IMG/VR virus record: IMGVR_UViG_3300032318_000669
Coordinates: 1-42,977 of that record
Source of the DNA: a virus
Lineage: Duplodnaviria; Caudoviricetes
Reading direction: 5' to 3' (one strand)
Length of the DNA: 42,977 nt
Within the stretch, counting starts at the first letter, position 1, and every line of letters begins with the position of its first letter. Under the pieces are notes generated by a model, which saw nothing but the letters and a program-made list of their open reading frames with translations, made no database searches and had not been told where the DNA came from. Below, one piece after another: positions 1 to 7,205 of the stretch. A program made the translations under genes and the position numbers.

Positions 1-289
1 ACTTTATGGCGTTACCAATGCACATGGCTTCCATGCCGGTAAGCCCCTCGATGGCAGACTCGATGCCATCAATGCATTCTACTTCACCCTGAACATAATG
101 AGACGGGTGGTTGACGTTGTCGCCACCGTAGATGCGCGTGTCGAGGTCAGCCTCAAGTTCGTTTAAAACATTTTCAAGTACGACGTTGAATCCGCGCTCA
201 ATCAGGAACTGTTTCCCCGCTTCGTCAACGTCAAGTTCCACTATGACGGAATCGTTTTCCTCGTTGACGGATATTACATCCATTCTCAT
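1..289 (-). CDS. DUF3310-family protein (T7 gp1.7-like nucleotide kinase domain), 3' truncated by window edge
   Basis: Not in ORF track; manual translation from ATG 289: MRMDVISVNEEND...DNVNHPSHYVQGEVECIDGIE...GNAIK. NHPSHY...ECID...GNAIK is the DUF3310 signature. Confidence 0.8.
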   Translation of the reverse strand, partial: MRMDVISVNEENDSVIVELDVDEAGKQFLIERGFNVVLENVLNELEADLDTRIYGGDNVNHPSHYVQGEVECIDGIESAIEGLTGMEAMCIGNAIK

Positions 290-480
290 TTGACAACCTC
301 CACGCGAGTCCATGTCGCCAAATGAATGGCGTTACCTTCATCGTCTTCGCAATAACTATAAGCACCGTCAAGATGATGGAAGTTGACCTCCATATACTTG
401 CCGGTTTCTTTTTTGTATTCCTCGTCAATCACACGAATGCGCGTGTTATTCGGAACTTCGTACAGTTTGACTGTTGGCAT
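286..480 (-). CDS. hypothetical phage protein
   Basis: 64-aa ORF, ATGA overlap with the downstream gene, tightly packed operon. Confidence 0.7.
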   Translation of the reverse strand: MPTVKLYEVPNNTRIRVIDEEYKKETGKYMEVNFHHLDGAYSYCEDDEGNAIHLATWTRVEVVK

Positions 481-715
481 TTAATTCTTTCTCAAGTTCA
501 ATCAAATTTTTTTCACCGGCAAAGTATTCGTAAACAATTTTGAGCGCCGGTAAAAGAATTTTTTCATGCTCGGAATCGTCTGGATGAATCCATTTGGTTG
601 GCTTACTCATGGTTACTATTTGCTCTCGCAATTCGTTTTTAACAATTGCGTCAATCTGTTCCCATTCCATTTGAATCCAAACTTTCCCTCCACCGGCATC
701 CATAACATTTGGCAT
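446..715 (-). CDS. hypothetical phage protein
   Basis: ORF 446..739 in track; AGGAG 7 nt upstream favours ATG at 715 (MPNVMDAGG). Confidence 0.65.
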   Translation of the reverse strand: MPNVMDAGGGKVWIQMEWEQIDAIVKNELREQIVTMSKPTKWIHPDDSEHEKILLPALKIVYEYFAGEKNLIELEKELNANSQTVRSSE

Positions 716-866
716 CGTCATGCTCCTTTTCGTATCCACATTCCATAAGCATACGGAATGGGATGGTTTTCATATTTCGCCGACCGTCTTCCGTCCAACC
801 ATCCTGAACCTCAAGATGTGTTTTAAACGGTTCACGGTTGTAGCAACCATGCTCTTTCATCCTCAC
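651..866 (-). CDS. small Cys-containing hypothetical protein
   Basis: 71-aa ORF with GCYNR...C...CYGC; overlaps neighbours in operon fashion. Confidence 0.6.
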   Translation of the reverse strand: MRMKEHGCYNREPFKTHLEVQDGWTEDGRRNMKTIPFRMLMECGYEKEHDDAKCYGCRWRESLDSNGMGTD

Positions 867-1084
867 CCCAACCGCGCTCGCAGGATGTTTTCAATCTCGC
901 AAATAGTGTTTGCTGCTTCTTCCAACGACCATCCGCCGTCCTTGCTACAGAGCCAAAGCAATTGCTGTAGTAGTTCGGTGTCTTTAGCGGCGACCAGTTC
1001 GGCAAACTTTGCCAAGTCATCTGCGGTAAAGGCATAAATACCAAACTCATTTTTTGCCATGCGGATGATGTCATCGCGGTTCAT
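863..1084 (-). CDS. hypothetical phage protein (MNRDDII-type)
   Basis: 73 aa, ATGA overlaps on both sides, N-terminus shared with the adjacent gene. Confidence 0.7.
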   Translation of the reverse strand: MNRDDIIRMAKNEFGIYAFTADDLAKFAELVAAKDTELLQQLLWLCSKDGGWSLEEAANTICEIENILRARLG

Positions 1085-1272
1085 TGCTCGCCCCTTGCTC
1101 GGATGGCTTCTGCATACCCGTGCTTGTCGTAGCCATGCAAAGCAATCGCAATGCCTTCTGCTTCACGGGCGCAAGCCTCACGTTCCGCTTCCACACAATC
1201 CATAACCAACTTCATAACCCAAGGCGGCACCTCGCGGTGTCCTGCTAGTTTGATGATGTCATCACGGTTCAT
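1081..1272 (-). CDS. hypothetical phage protein (EREACA...AIRARG type)
   Basis: 63 aa; motif AEREACA...AEAIRARG is typical of small phage accessory proteins. Confidence 0.7.
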   Translation of the reverse strand: MNRDDIIKLAGHREVPPWVMKLVMDCVEAEREACAREAEGIAIALHGYDKHGYAEAIRARGEQ

Positions 1273-1496
1273 TTTTTATTCCTTACCAAATCCATAACTT
1301 GGCGCAACAAATCTGTTGATTCTTTGCCGCGTATTTGTTCGCGCTTTTCCAGTGCTTCTCTTTTATCTGCTGCTTTGTACTTCACAAGCCGCCGTGCTTC
1401 GCACTCAAGCGCCCACTCCGGACACCAAGTACAGACTTCTTTCCCGCTGATTAGTTTCACCAGTTGTTCTGGTTTACACGACTTGTTGCAGTTCAT
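1269..1496 (-). CDS. hypothetical protein, Cys-rich N-terminus
   Basis: Track ORF 1269..1526 runs into the tRNA; the first ATG outside the tRNA is at 1496 (MNCNKSCKPE...CTWCPEWALECEAR). Confidence 0.65.
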   Translation of the reverse strand: MNCNKSCKPEQLVKLISGKEVCTWCPEWALECEARRLVKYKAADKREALEKREQIRGKESTDLLRQVMDLVRNKK

Positions 1497-1585
1497 TGGT
1501 GCCAGAGGCCGGAATCGAACCGGCAAGACCGTTTAAAGTCGGCAGATTTTAAGTCTGCTGTGTTTACCGATTTCACCACTCTGGC
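1497..1585 (-). tRNA. tRNA-Leu (anticodon TAA), CCA encoded
   Basis: Minus strand GCCAGAG-TG-GTGAAATCGGTAAACAC-A-GCAGA CTTAAAA TCTGC-long variable arm-GCCGG TTCGATT CCGGC-CTCTGGC-A-CCA; full cloverleaf, 89 nt. Confidence 0.95.
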
Positions 1586-1590
1586 GCTGC

Positions 1591-1959
1591 CTACCATTTC
1601 TCTGGCAAGTAATCGTAGTCGGGGTCTAAGTAATCAAAGTCTTCGCGCAGCCTTCTTTGTTCGCGCAAATCTTCAATCCTCCTTCTCGCATCAGAGTTGC
1701 TCTTAATCACAGATTTTGAAATCGTATTGGTTTTGTTTGGCGCAGCCTTCTTTGGTGCTTTTGGCTTTTTCAGTGCAACTTCTGCTCTTTGTTTTTCTGG
1801 AGCGGCTTCTTCAATCTTTTGCTCCATCAACTTTTCTACATCTTTTTCCAACAATTCAATTGTTGTGAAGCGATGTTTACACACAAGACATTCACGGCGG
1901 CGACGAACATTTCTGCTGTCTATTACCTTTGTGTTGCCATTGCACTGTATGCAGTTCAT
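1591..1959 (-). CDS. NrdR-like N-terminal zinc-ribbon protein
   Basis: CIQC...TKVIDSR...RRRRECLVCKHRFTTIE matches the NrdR Zn-ribbon pattern; no ATP-cone follows. Confidence 0.75.
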   Translation of the reverse strand: MNCIQCNGNTKVIDSRNVRRRRECLVCKHRFTTIELLEKDVEKLMEQKIEEAAPEKQRAEVALKKPKAPKKAAPNKTNTISKSVIKSNSDARRRIEDLREQRRLREDFDYLDPDYDYLPEKW

Positions 1960-2222
1960 TAGATTCTTGGTTCTGGACGTTCAACATCGGGCTTATTGCC
2001 CCAACGGTATGCGGGAATAGGTTGTCTTTTTTCCCTGTCCCACCCGCAGATGTAAATAAGTTCAAGCGTCCATAGTTCTTTGAGATGACGGTATGCGGTA
2101 GTTGGATGCATACCAAGTTCTTCGTGAAGGTCATATTTTGTGTATGCATCACGATTGCTTTTCAAAGTATCAATGATGCGATAAACCTCATACTTCATCG
2201 CACGGTGTTTTCTTTTTGTCAT
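1959..2222 (-). CDS. putative winged-helix DNA-binding protein
   Basis: YTKYDLHEELGMHPTTAYRHLKEL is HTH-like, followed by ICGW...PIPAYRWG. Confidence 0.6.
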   Translation of the reverse strand: MTKRKHRAMKYEVYRIIDTLKSNRDAYTKYDLHEELGMHPTTAYRHLKELWTLELIYICGWDREKRQPIPAYRWGNKPDVERPEPRI

Positions 2223-2223
2223 T

Positions 2224-2469
2224 TTATTGAACCTTTAATCTCAACTCGCAAGTAAGACTTTCGATGCGTTCCCAAAGTTCCTCGATGAGGTCAGCAGCGT
2301 GAGCCGCCATTTCGTCAGGCACCACATCGCAAACTTGTGAACCATTTTCTTCCCGCACGGGACTGAGCGTTTGTTGTTCGCGCAGATAGGCGCAGAAGTC
2401 TTTCAGGTATTCATGTTCTTCCTCTGGGGTGAGCGTTTTGCCACCTTCCCATTTGGTCATATCAACCAT
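2224..2469 (-). CDS. hypothetical protein
   Basis: Track ORF overlaps tRNA-Lys; AGGAG at 2480-2476 supports ATG at 2469 (MVDMTKWEGG). Confidence 0.65.
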   Translation of the reverse strand: MVDMTKWEGGKTLTPEEEHEYLKDFCAYLREQQTLSPVREENGSQVCDVVPDEMAAHAADLIEELWERIESLTCELRLKVQ

Positions 2470-2481
2470 AACAATCTCCTG

Positions 2482-2557
2482 TGGTACGGGCGGTGGGAGT
2501 CGAACCCACGACAAACGGATTAAAAGCCCGCTACTCTACCAACTGAGTTACGCCCGT
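2482..2557 (-). tRNA. tRNA-Lys (anticodon TTT), CCA encoded
   Basis: ACGGGCG-TA-ACTC AGTTGGTA GAGT-A-GCGGG CTTTTAA TCCGT-TTGTC-GTGGG TTCGACT CCCAC-CGCCCGT-A-CCA; 76 nt. Confidence 0.95.
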
Positions 2558-2562
2558 TCTGT

Positions 2563-2871
2563 TTAAGCGTCTTTTACAAACGCGCCACCTTCGACCATCT
2601 TGCCCTTGCGGTTCTTGATTTCTGCATATGCTTGTGAAAGACAAGCCTCAATGTCGTAGTCTTTCATGGCGCAGTAGATAACCAGACAGACAAAAACATC
2701 ACCCACTGCATCGGCTTGTTCATATTCCATGCCTTTAATTTCGGCATCGCATAGTTCGCCCATCTCGCTGACGGCTTTCAATAATTGAGCCTGCGGCTTT
2801 GAATGCTCAAGAATCCCGCGCTCTTCAGCCCAATGCTCAATATCGTTAACAAGAGTTTTAAAGTTGCTCAT
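2563..2871 (-). CDS. MazG-like nucleotide pyrophosphohydrolase
   Basis: WAEERGI...QLLKAVSEMGEL...DAVGDVFVCL...AYAEIKNRKGKMVEGGAFVK matches the phage MazG-like family. Confidence 0.85.
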   Translation of the reverse strand: MSNFKTLVNDIEHWAEERGILEHSKPQAQLLKAVSEMGELCDAEIKGMEYEQADAVGDVFVCLVIYCAMKDYDIEACLSQAYAEIKNRKGKMVEGGAFVKDA

Positions 2872-3019
2872 TTTCCGCCCTCACAAACATCATGGCTTCA
2901 GCAATCTTGTAAGCGTCACGCGCCATATCGTATTGGTTGGTGGTTTCGCCACGGGTAACAATACCCGCCAGTGCAAAGGCAGCGAACAAATCATGCAACA
3001 TATCGTAATCGTCAATCAT
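2858..3019 (-). CDS. small conserved phage protein (DxFAAxA...AY..A.AM type)
   Basis: Below ORF-track cutoff; manual translation MIDDYDMLHDLFAAFALAGIVTRG...ARDAYKIAEAMMFVRAENEQL, 53 aa. Confidence 0.7.
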   Translation of the reverse strand: MIDDYDMLHDLFAAFALAGIVTRGETTNQYDMARDAYKIAEAMMFVRAENEQL

Positions 3020-3020
3020 C

Positions 3021-3200
3021 TCAACCCTCCAAAACTTTCATTGCATCAATAGTGGATTGCAACTTGGCAATCTGCTTGTCCTTCTCAGAAATCAGCGTGT
3101 TCATCTGAGTGTATAAACGCGCGCGCTCTTCCGTGTCGCGGTACATCATGCGGATGAGTTCTTGGCTGATTTCAAACTGGCGTTGCATAAAGTCGCTCAT
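3021..3200 (-). CDS. coiled-coil hypothetical protein
   Basis: MSDFMQRQFEISQELI...; ATG 3200 overlaps the stop of the upstream ORF. Confidence 0.65.
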   Translation of the reverse strand: MSDFMQRQFEISQELIRMMYRDTEERARLYTQMNTLISEKDKQIAKLQSTIDAMKVLEG

Positions 3201-3376
3201 TGCTCTTTCCCCTTTTCCTGAAGAATCCAAGCGCGTGTCATGCGGCAGTGATGCTCAATCTCCAACATATGCTCGTATGCTGCGTTGTACATTTTGGTGT
3301 TCAGTTCGTGATGCGCGTGTTTTTCAACGGCGATAATTCTCTGAAGGTGTTGCGCCCAATCACTTAGTTGCTCCAT
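3197..3376 (-). CDS. hypothetical protein
   Basis: Manual: MEQLSDWAQHLQRIIAVEKHAHHELNTKMY...GKEQ, 59 aa, preceded by GAGGTTTAAATG. Confidence 0.7.
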   Translation of the reverse strand: MEQLSDWAQHLQRIIAVEKHAHHELNTKMYNAAYEHMLEIEHHCRMTRAWILQEKGKEQ

Positions 3377-3383
3377 TTAAACC

Positions 3384-3674
3384 TCACTTAACGTGCAGTG
3401 CTTCGATGCTGTCCGCCAATACGTCTGCAAGCGGACGCTTTTCTTTTCCAATCAAAAGACTGTTGGCGTCAGGATTGGCAAGCACAACATCACGCGCTTC
3501 AAGCAGACCCGCGTTAAACCCTTTCGAGTAAGCGTTGTTACCGGCGATTGCGTTGGCGATGCTGTTGCGGATGTATTCGGATGCACCCCTCGACTTGGCG
3601 ACTTTACGCATCTCATCAATCAAGTCTTTCGGGAGGTACACCGAATATGGAATCAGACGTTGGTCGATTTCCAT
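3384..3674 (-). CDS. putative ribbon-helix-helix DNA-binding protein
   Basis: PYSVYLPKDLIDEMRKVAKSRGASEYIRNSI resembles the RHH beta-alpha-alpha pattern. Confidence 0.5.
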   Translation of the reverse strand: MEIDQRLIPYSVYLPKDLIDEMRKVAKSRGASEYIRNSIANAIAGNNAYSKGFNAGLLEARDVVLANPDANSLLIGKEKRPLADVLADSIEALHVK

Positions 3675-4072
3675 TCTTCGTACTCCTTCACAATTTCTTC
3701 AAATGTTGTCTTTGCCTCTGCGCTGCTATCTAACTCTGACCGGCTACTGATGCCACAAGTTTCCTTGACGAATACAGCGGCAGCAGACTCAGACATATCC
3801 CATGCAAGACCAGACTCCACCAAAAACTTTTGGAAGAGCGGGTCTTTGCACAGGATGGCTGCACGGTTGGACATAGAATGTTCGCGTTGAGGGCGTTTAT
3901 ACGGTTGCTCGTTTTCGTCAATCCTGACCATCACTGTTTGGTATCTGGCCCCAACGAAATCCCGCATTAAAGCCTCGGGAATCTCGTCAGGGTGAATACA
4001 CAAAGTCAGGACGTAGCCAGTCTTGTCTTGTTTGATAGCAACCTTGATTGCCTCAAACTGAATGGTGTCCAC
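3653..4072 (-). CDS. conserved hypothetical phage protein
   Basis: Likely GTG start at 4072 (DTIQFEAIKVAIKQDKTGYVLTLCIHPDEIP...LCKDPLFQKFL...CGISSRSEL). Confidence 0.7.
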   Translation of the reverse strand: MDTIQFEAIKVAIKQDKTGYVLTLCIHPDEIPEALMRDFVGARYQTVMVRIDENEQPYKRPQREHSMSNRAAILCKDPLFQKFLVESGLAWDMSESAAAVFVKETCGISSRSELDSSAEAKTTFEEIVKEYEEWKSTNV

Positions 4073-4433
4073 CGAAAAATTTCCCGATGCGGATAAATAG
4101 GTTGCCGATGAAAGTACCGGAACAATAATTACCAGAACGGTAAATATTGTTGATGTAATCAATCTGGTCTGAGGTCAACTCTGTCTTAACCTCGGGCGTA
4201 TCCTGTTTAACCTTAACCTTCTTGGCGCCACTTGCGCGCTTCGGCTTCTTGGTGCCTTGCTTCTGGAACCATGAACTGCTGTAACGCGCCACGGTAGATT
4301 CGCCCAGACAAAGTTGGTCAGCGACTTCCTTACAAGTCATTCCACTGCGGCGCATAGCAAGCAGTGCGCGGATTTGCTCGTCAGTAATGCGGACGCGGGA
4401 GTGGCTCTTAGGCCCACGGGTCAGGGAGGTCAT
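4053..4433 (-). CDS. HTH DNA-binding protein
   Basis: ITDEQIRALLAMRRSGMTCKEVADQLCLGESTVARY is a classic HTH; start uncertain (ATG 4433). Confidence 0.65.
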   Translation of the reverse strand: MTSLTRGPKSHSRVRITDEQIRALLAMRRSGMTCKEVADQLCLGESTVARYSSSWFQKQGTKKPKRASGAKKVKVKQDTPEVKTELTSDQIDYINNIYRSGNYCSGTFIGNLFIRIGKFFGGHHSV

Positions 4434-4677
4434 CCTCAATCTCCTTCTTCGGCTTAACGGTTTCGGCGTTGTACGGCTTGGCGACCTTGAGCGAAAGGAA
4501 CTCACCCTTTGCGGTCTGGCGAGTCCATGCGCTAATTTCAAGACGGATGTCGCCGTCAGCATCACGCGGCAAAGAATCAATCAGTTCCTGAGTAATCAGG
4601 ACTTCACCGCCCATATCGGGAGCCTTGTCGTTACGCTTTTGGCGCTTCCAGAGCGCACCAGAGTTCGTGTATTTCAC
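4408..4677 (-). CDS. putative single-stranded DNA-binding protein (DUF736-like)
   Basis: NSGALWK...KAPDMGG...ISAW...GEFLSLKV with acidic tail EDDLPDPWA; lies next to ERF. Confidence 0.7.
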   Translation of the reverse strand: MKYTNSGALWKRQKRNDKAPDMGGEVLITQELIDSLPRDADGDIRLEISAWTRQTAKGEFLSLKVAKPYNAETVKPKKEIEDDLPDPWA

Positions 4678-5387
4678 TTCTTCCCCTTTTCCAGTTCAGC
4701 ACCGCGCGTCTTAAAGTCTGCTGTAATCTGCTTCGCGGCTTCAGCATCCATCGATTCCAACAGTTTCCAAGTCTCACGGTTAATCGTGTAGAACTGACGC
4801 AACTTGTTTACATCAGTCGATACATCGATGAACCCTTTGACGATGTCACGCACCTCACCGACAAACTTTGACTTGTCGATTTTTGACGGCTCAATCACCC
4901 ACGGGTCACCCTCACCCTTCACCTCGGGCGTTTGCTTCGCACCCGCGGCCTTTGGTGCGGTCTGAGTGGCATTCCTGACCGGCTCTTCCTTCTCGTTCTC
5001 GGGGTCATCACCGGTGGCGAGTTGAAGTGCCTTGAGCAGCGCGTACTTGTTGCAACCTGTCAGCGCCTTGTAGATGCCCTTGTCGCCCACGCCCTTTGAG
5101 TTCCGGTCATTACCCGCGCCCGCCATCTTGAACGTCAGGCTTTGACCCGATGCGGTGTGGTGGATGGTGTACAGAACGATGATGTTCGTATTGCCCCACT
5201 CGTCAGCGGACACCGACTCCACGCTCGGAATCATTACGATGTCGTGATTGAGCAGAGCGTCACGCGTTTGTGACACTACATCGCTTTCGGTTACATAATT
5301 GTAACCTTGGAAATCGTTGCGCCCTTTCTTCTGGACGTAGCCAATCTCCATCGCTGCACCTTGCAGTGCGGTAAGCAGTTCCTTCAT
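4674..5387 (-). CDS. ERF-family single-strand annealing recombinase
   Basis: KKGRNDFQGYNYV...GAGND...DKGIYKALTGCNKYALLKALQLATGDDPE, the ERF signature. Confidence 0.88.
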   Translation of the reverse strand: MKELLTALQGAAMEIGYVQKKGRNDFQGYNYVTESDVVSQTRDALLNHDIVMIPSVESVSADEWGNTNIIVLYTIHHTASGQSLTFKMAGAGNDRNSKGVGDKGIYKALTGCNKYALLKALQLATGDDPENEKEEPVRNATQTAPKAAGAKQTPEVKGEGDPWVIEPSKIDKSKFVGEVRDIVKGFIDVSTDVNKLRQFYTINRETWKLLESMDAEAAKQITADFKTRGAELEKGKK

Positions 5388-6245
5388 TTAAACCTCCCGT
5401 TGATACTGTGCGTACTGGCTGCAAAACTTTGATACAGGGCAATAAGACTTGCAGCGTGTCCTCTCGCCCTCCCTGACTTCTATGAAATGCTTTTCATCCG
5501 GAAGTTCCGGCGGCCCGTCCCAGTGAATCTTCACGGCAGACTTGCGACCTTCTTTCATGAGTGCCCAACAGGTCGGCTTTTCCCACATCTCGGCAGATGT
5601 ACACGGCAAGACTTCACCGCCCACGTTGACGGCGGCGTATGCGTCTTGGTGTAAACGCAACCGCTCAACGACATAGTCGGTCTGTTCAGTGAAACTCCAC
5701 CGCCGGATTGGTACAACAACCACAGGTGCTTGCGGATAATCCAAAGACCTCTGGGCCTCACGCGCTGACCAATCGCGCACGATGGCAACGATGGCAAGCG
5801 AATGCACATCCAGTTCTTTCTGATTTTTGACTAGCCATGCGTACAGATTGAGTTGCTGTTCCCACTCAATCTTTTCGTTCATCACGGAGTACGACTTCAC
5901 GACCTTGTAGTCGAGAATGTCAACACCATCGTCACGGAAACGTTGAACATCGATTGCGCCGGAGATAGTCCACGCAACGAGCGTTGCGTATAAACGCTCT
6001 TCAAGGATGTGGTCTTCGTCTGCGCCCTGTTCAAGAATCGTATGAACGGCTGACCCAAATAGCGACCAGACCATATCGGCGGCATCGCTTTCGAGTTCAT
6101 CCTTGTGCTTGTGCTTGAGCGCCACTAACTGCGGGGGCGCAATCAGTTCCGTCACAGAGATGTCGGCCTTACCTTTTGAGTAGGTCGGGCGATTCAGCGC
6201 GTTGACGATAGTCTGCGGCAGATTATGCTTGTTGGTGATTTTCAC
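5388..6245 (-). CDS. PD-(D/E)XK exonuclease (RecB/Cas4-like)
   Basis: ISVTELI...GSAVHTILE...SGAIDV...DILDYK...QLNLYAWL...C...RCKSYCPVSKFC; probable GTG start 6245; paired with ERF. Confidence 0.85.
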   Translation of the reverse strand: MKITNKHNLPQTIVNALNRPTYSKGKADISVTELIAPPQLVALKHKHKDELESDAADMVWSLFGSAVHTILEQGADEDHILEERLYATLVAWTISGAIDVQRFRDDGVDILDYKVVKSYSVMNEKIEWEQQLNLYAWLVKNQKELDVHSLAIVAIVRDWSAREAQRSLDYPQAPVVVVPIRRWSFTEQTDYVVERLRLHQDAYAAVNVGGEVLPCTSAEMWEKPTCWALMKEGRKSAVKIHWDGPPELPDEKHFIEVREGERTRCKSYCPVSKFCSQYAQYQREV

Positions 6246-6444
6246 GGATGACTCGCTGAATAAGTTGGCGATTGGCGTCCACCCAATAAGCATCGCTCGG
6301 GCTGACTGAAATCACGTTGATGAACTGCCTGCCGTTAGGCAGCAGCAGATGAACTTTGTAGTGCTTGCCGTTCTTATCGATACTGACAATCCGGCATCCA
6401 ATTCGACCCAACATTCGGTCGTAGTCACGCATTCGTTTGTTCAT
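6223..6444 (-). CDS. HicA-like small protein
   Basis: ATG 6444 with GGGAGG SD; LGRIGCRIV...GKHYKVHL...NGR...ISVSPSD...NRQLIQR resembles the HicA dsRBD-like pattern. Confidence 0.55.
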   Translation of the reverse strand: MNKRMRDYDRMLGRIGCRIVSIDKNGKHYKVHLLLPNGRQFINVISVSPSDAYWVDANRQLIQRVIRENHQQA

Positions 6445-6588
6445 TTCAACCTCCCAGTTGATAAGTCCGGTTCCGCTACTCACCTCGCGCATGGTCGGTT
6501 GTACACCCGCCATACGAACTTGCTTTCGTCCCTGACATCGCCTTTGTGGCTTGTCGCGCACCCAATGCACCGGTAGGTCTTGGGGCGT

Positions 6589-6636
6589 GTCCTTGACGCT
6601 ATCGCGTTTCGCCGAATAACGGCTCATCAGAAGGAC
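6589..6636 (-). ncRNA. type I hammerhead ribozyme
   Basis: GUCCUU-CUGAUGA-GCCG UUAUU CGGC-GAA-ACGC GAUA GCGU-C-AAGGAC. All core nucleotides and three perfect stems are present; GUC cleavage triplet, predicted cut between 6595 and 6594. Confidence 0.93.
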
Positions 6637-6645
6637 TGAGGTACA

Positions 6646-6674
6646 ATCATACTCAAGTGCGACACAGTGTGCAA
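6646..6674 (-). promoter_or_regulatory. sigma70-type promoter of the recombination operon
   Basis: TTGCAC-17 nt-TATGAT on the minus strand, ending 10 nt before the hammerhead. Confidence 0.7.
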
Positions 6675-6734
6675 CCACATCTTTTGCTTGTCAACTGGTC
6701 GTGCTGCATCCAACAACTAGGAGTCTAACACACG

Positions 6735-7157
6735 ATGGGAAAGATGCAACGAACGAAAGGCGCAACGGGTGAGCGCGAGGTGCTTGCCCTGCTGAGTGAA
6801 CGCCTCGGGGTCAAACTGGAACGCAACCTGAGCCAGACCCGCAACGGCGGCGCGGACTGTGTGCAACTCGGGCGCGTCAGGCTTGAGGTCAAACGTCAGG
6901 AACGGTTAAACATCTCAGGATGGTGGAAGCAGGCAGAGGAGCAAGCCGGATATATATCTACACCTAACGGTGTAGATATATATGAAGACGGACGTTTAAA
7001 TCTTATCCCCGTGCTGGCCTACCGCCAGAGCCGCAAACCGTGGACGTTTATACTTGACGCAGCAGATATTCCCATCTTAGAATCACGGGGTCATCTGTTG
7101 CACATGGACATCGATACGTTCTGTGCAATCGTGGTGGCTCGTGGATTCCTCATCTAG
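6735..7157 (+). CDS. Holliday junction resolvase (Hjc-like PD-(D/E)XK)
   Basis: QRTKGATGERE...RNLSQTRNGGADC...LEVKR...WWKQA...PVLAYRQSRKPW; AGGAG SD. Confidence 0.85.
   Translation: MGKMQRTKGATGEREVLALLSERLGVKLERNLSQTRNGGADCVQLGRVRLEVKRQERLNISGWWKQAEEQAGYISTPNGVDIYEDGRLNLIPVLAYRQSRKPWTFILDAADIPILESRGHLLHMDIDTFCAIVVARGFLI
6950..6983. repeat. perfect 15-bp inverted repeat inside the resolvase gene
   Basis: ATATATATCTACACC-TAAC-GGTGTAGATATATAT. Confidence 0.95.
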
Positions 7158-7160
7158 TTA

Positions 7161-7188
7161 GGGCAGGGCTTGTCCCTGCCCATTTTTT
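7161..7188 (+). terminator. intrinsic terminator
   Basis: GGGCAGGG-CTTGT-CCCTGCCC-ATTTTTT directly after the stop codon. Confidence 0.85.
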
Positions 7189-7205
7189 CATTTATCCTTT
7201 TTTCC

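Noticed and set aside
1497-2557. tRNAs as prophage attachment sites or host boundary
   Set aside because: Both are embedded in a phage operon; no integrase, duplicated tRNA 3' end or host genes were seen.
5388-6245. Cas4-like nuclease as evidence of CRISPR-Cas
   Set aside because: No repeat-spacer array or other cas genes; the ERF/SSB context indicates a recombination exonuclease.
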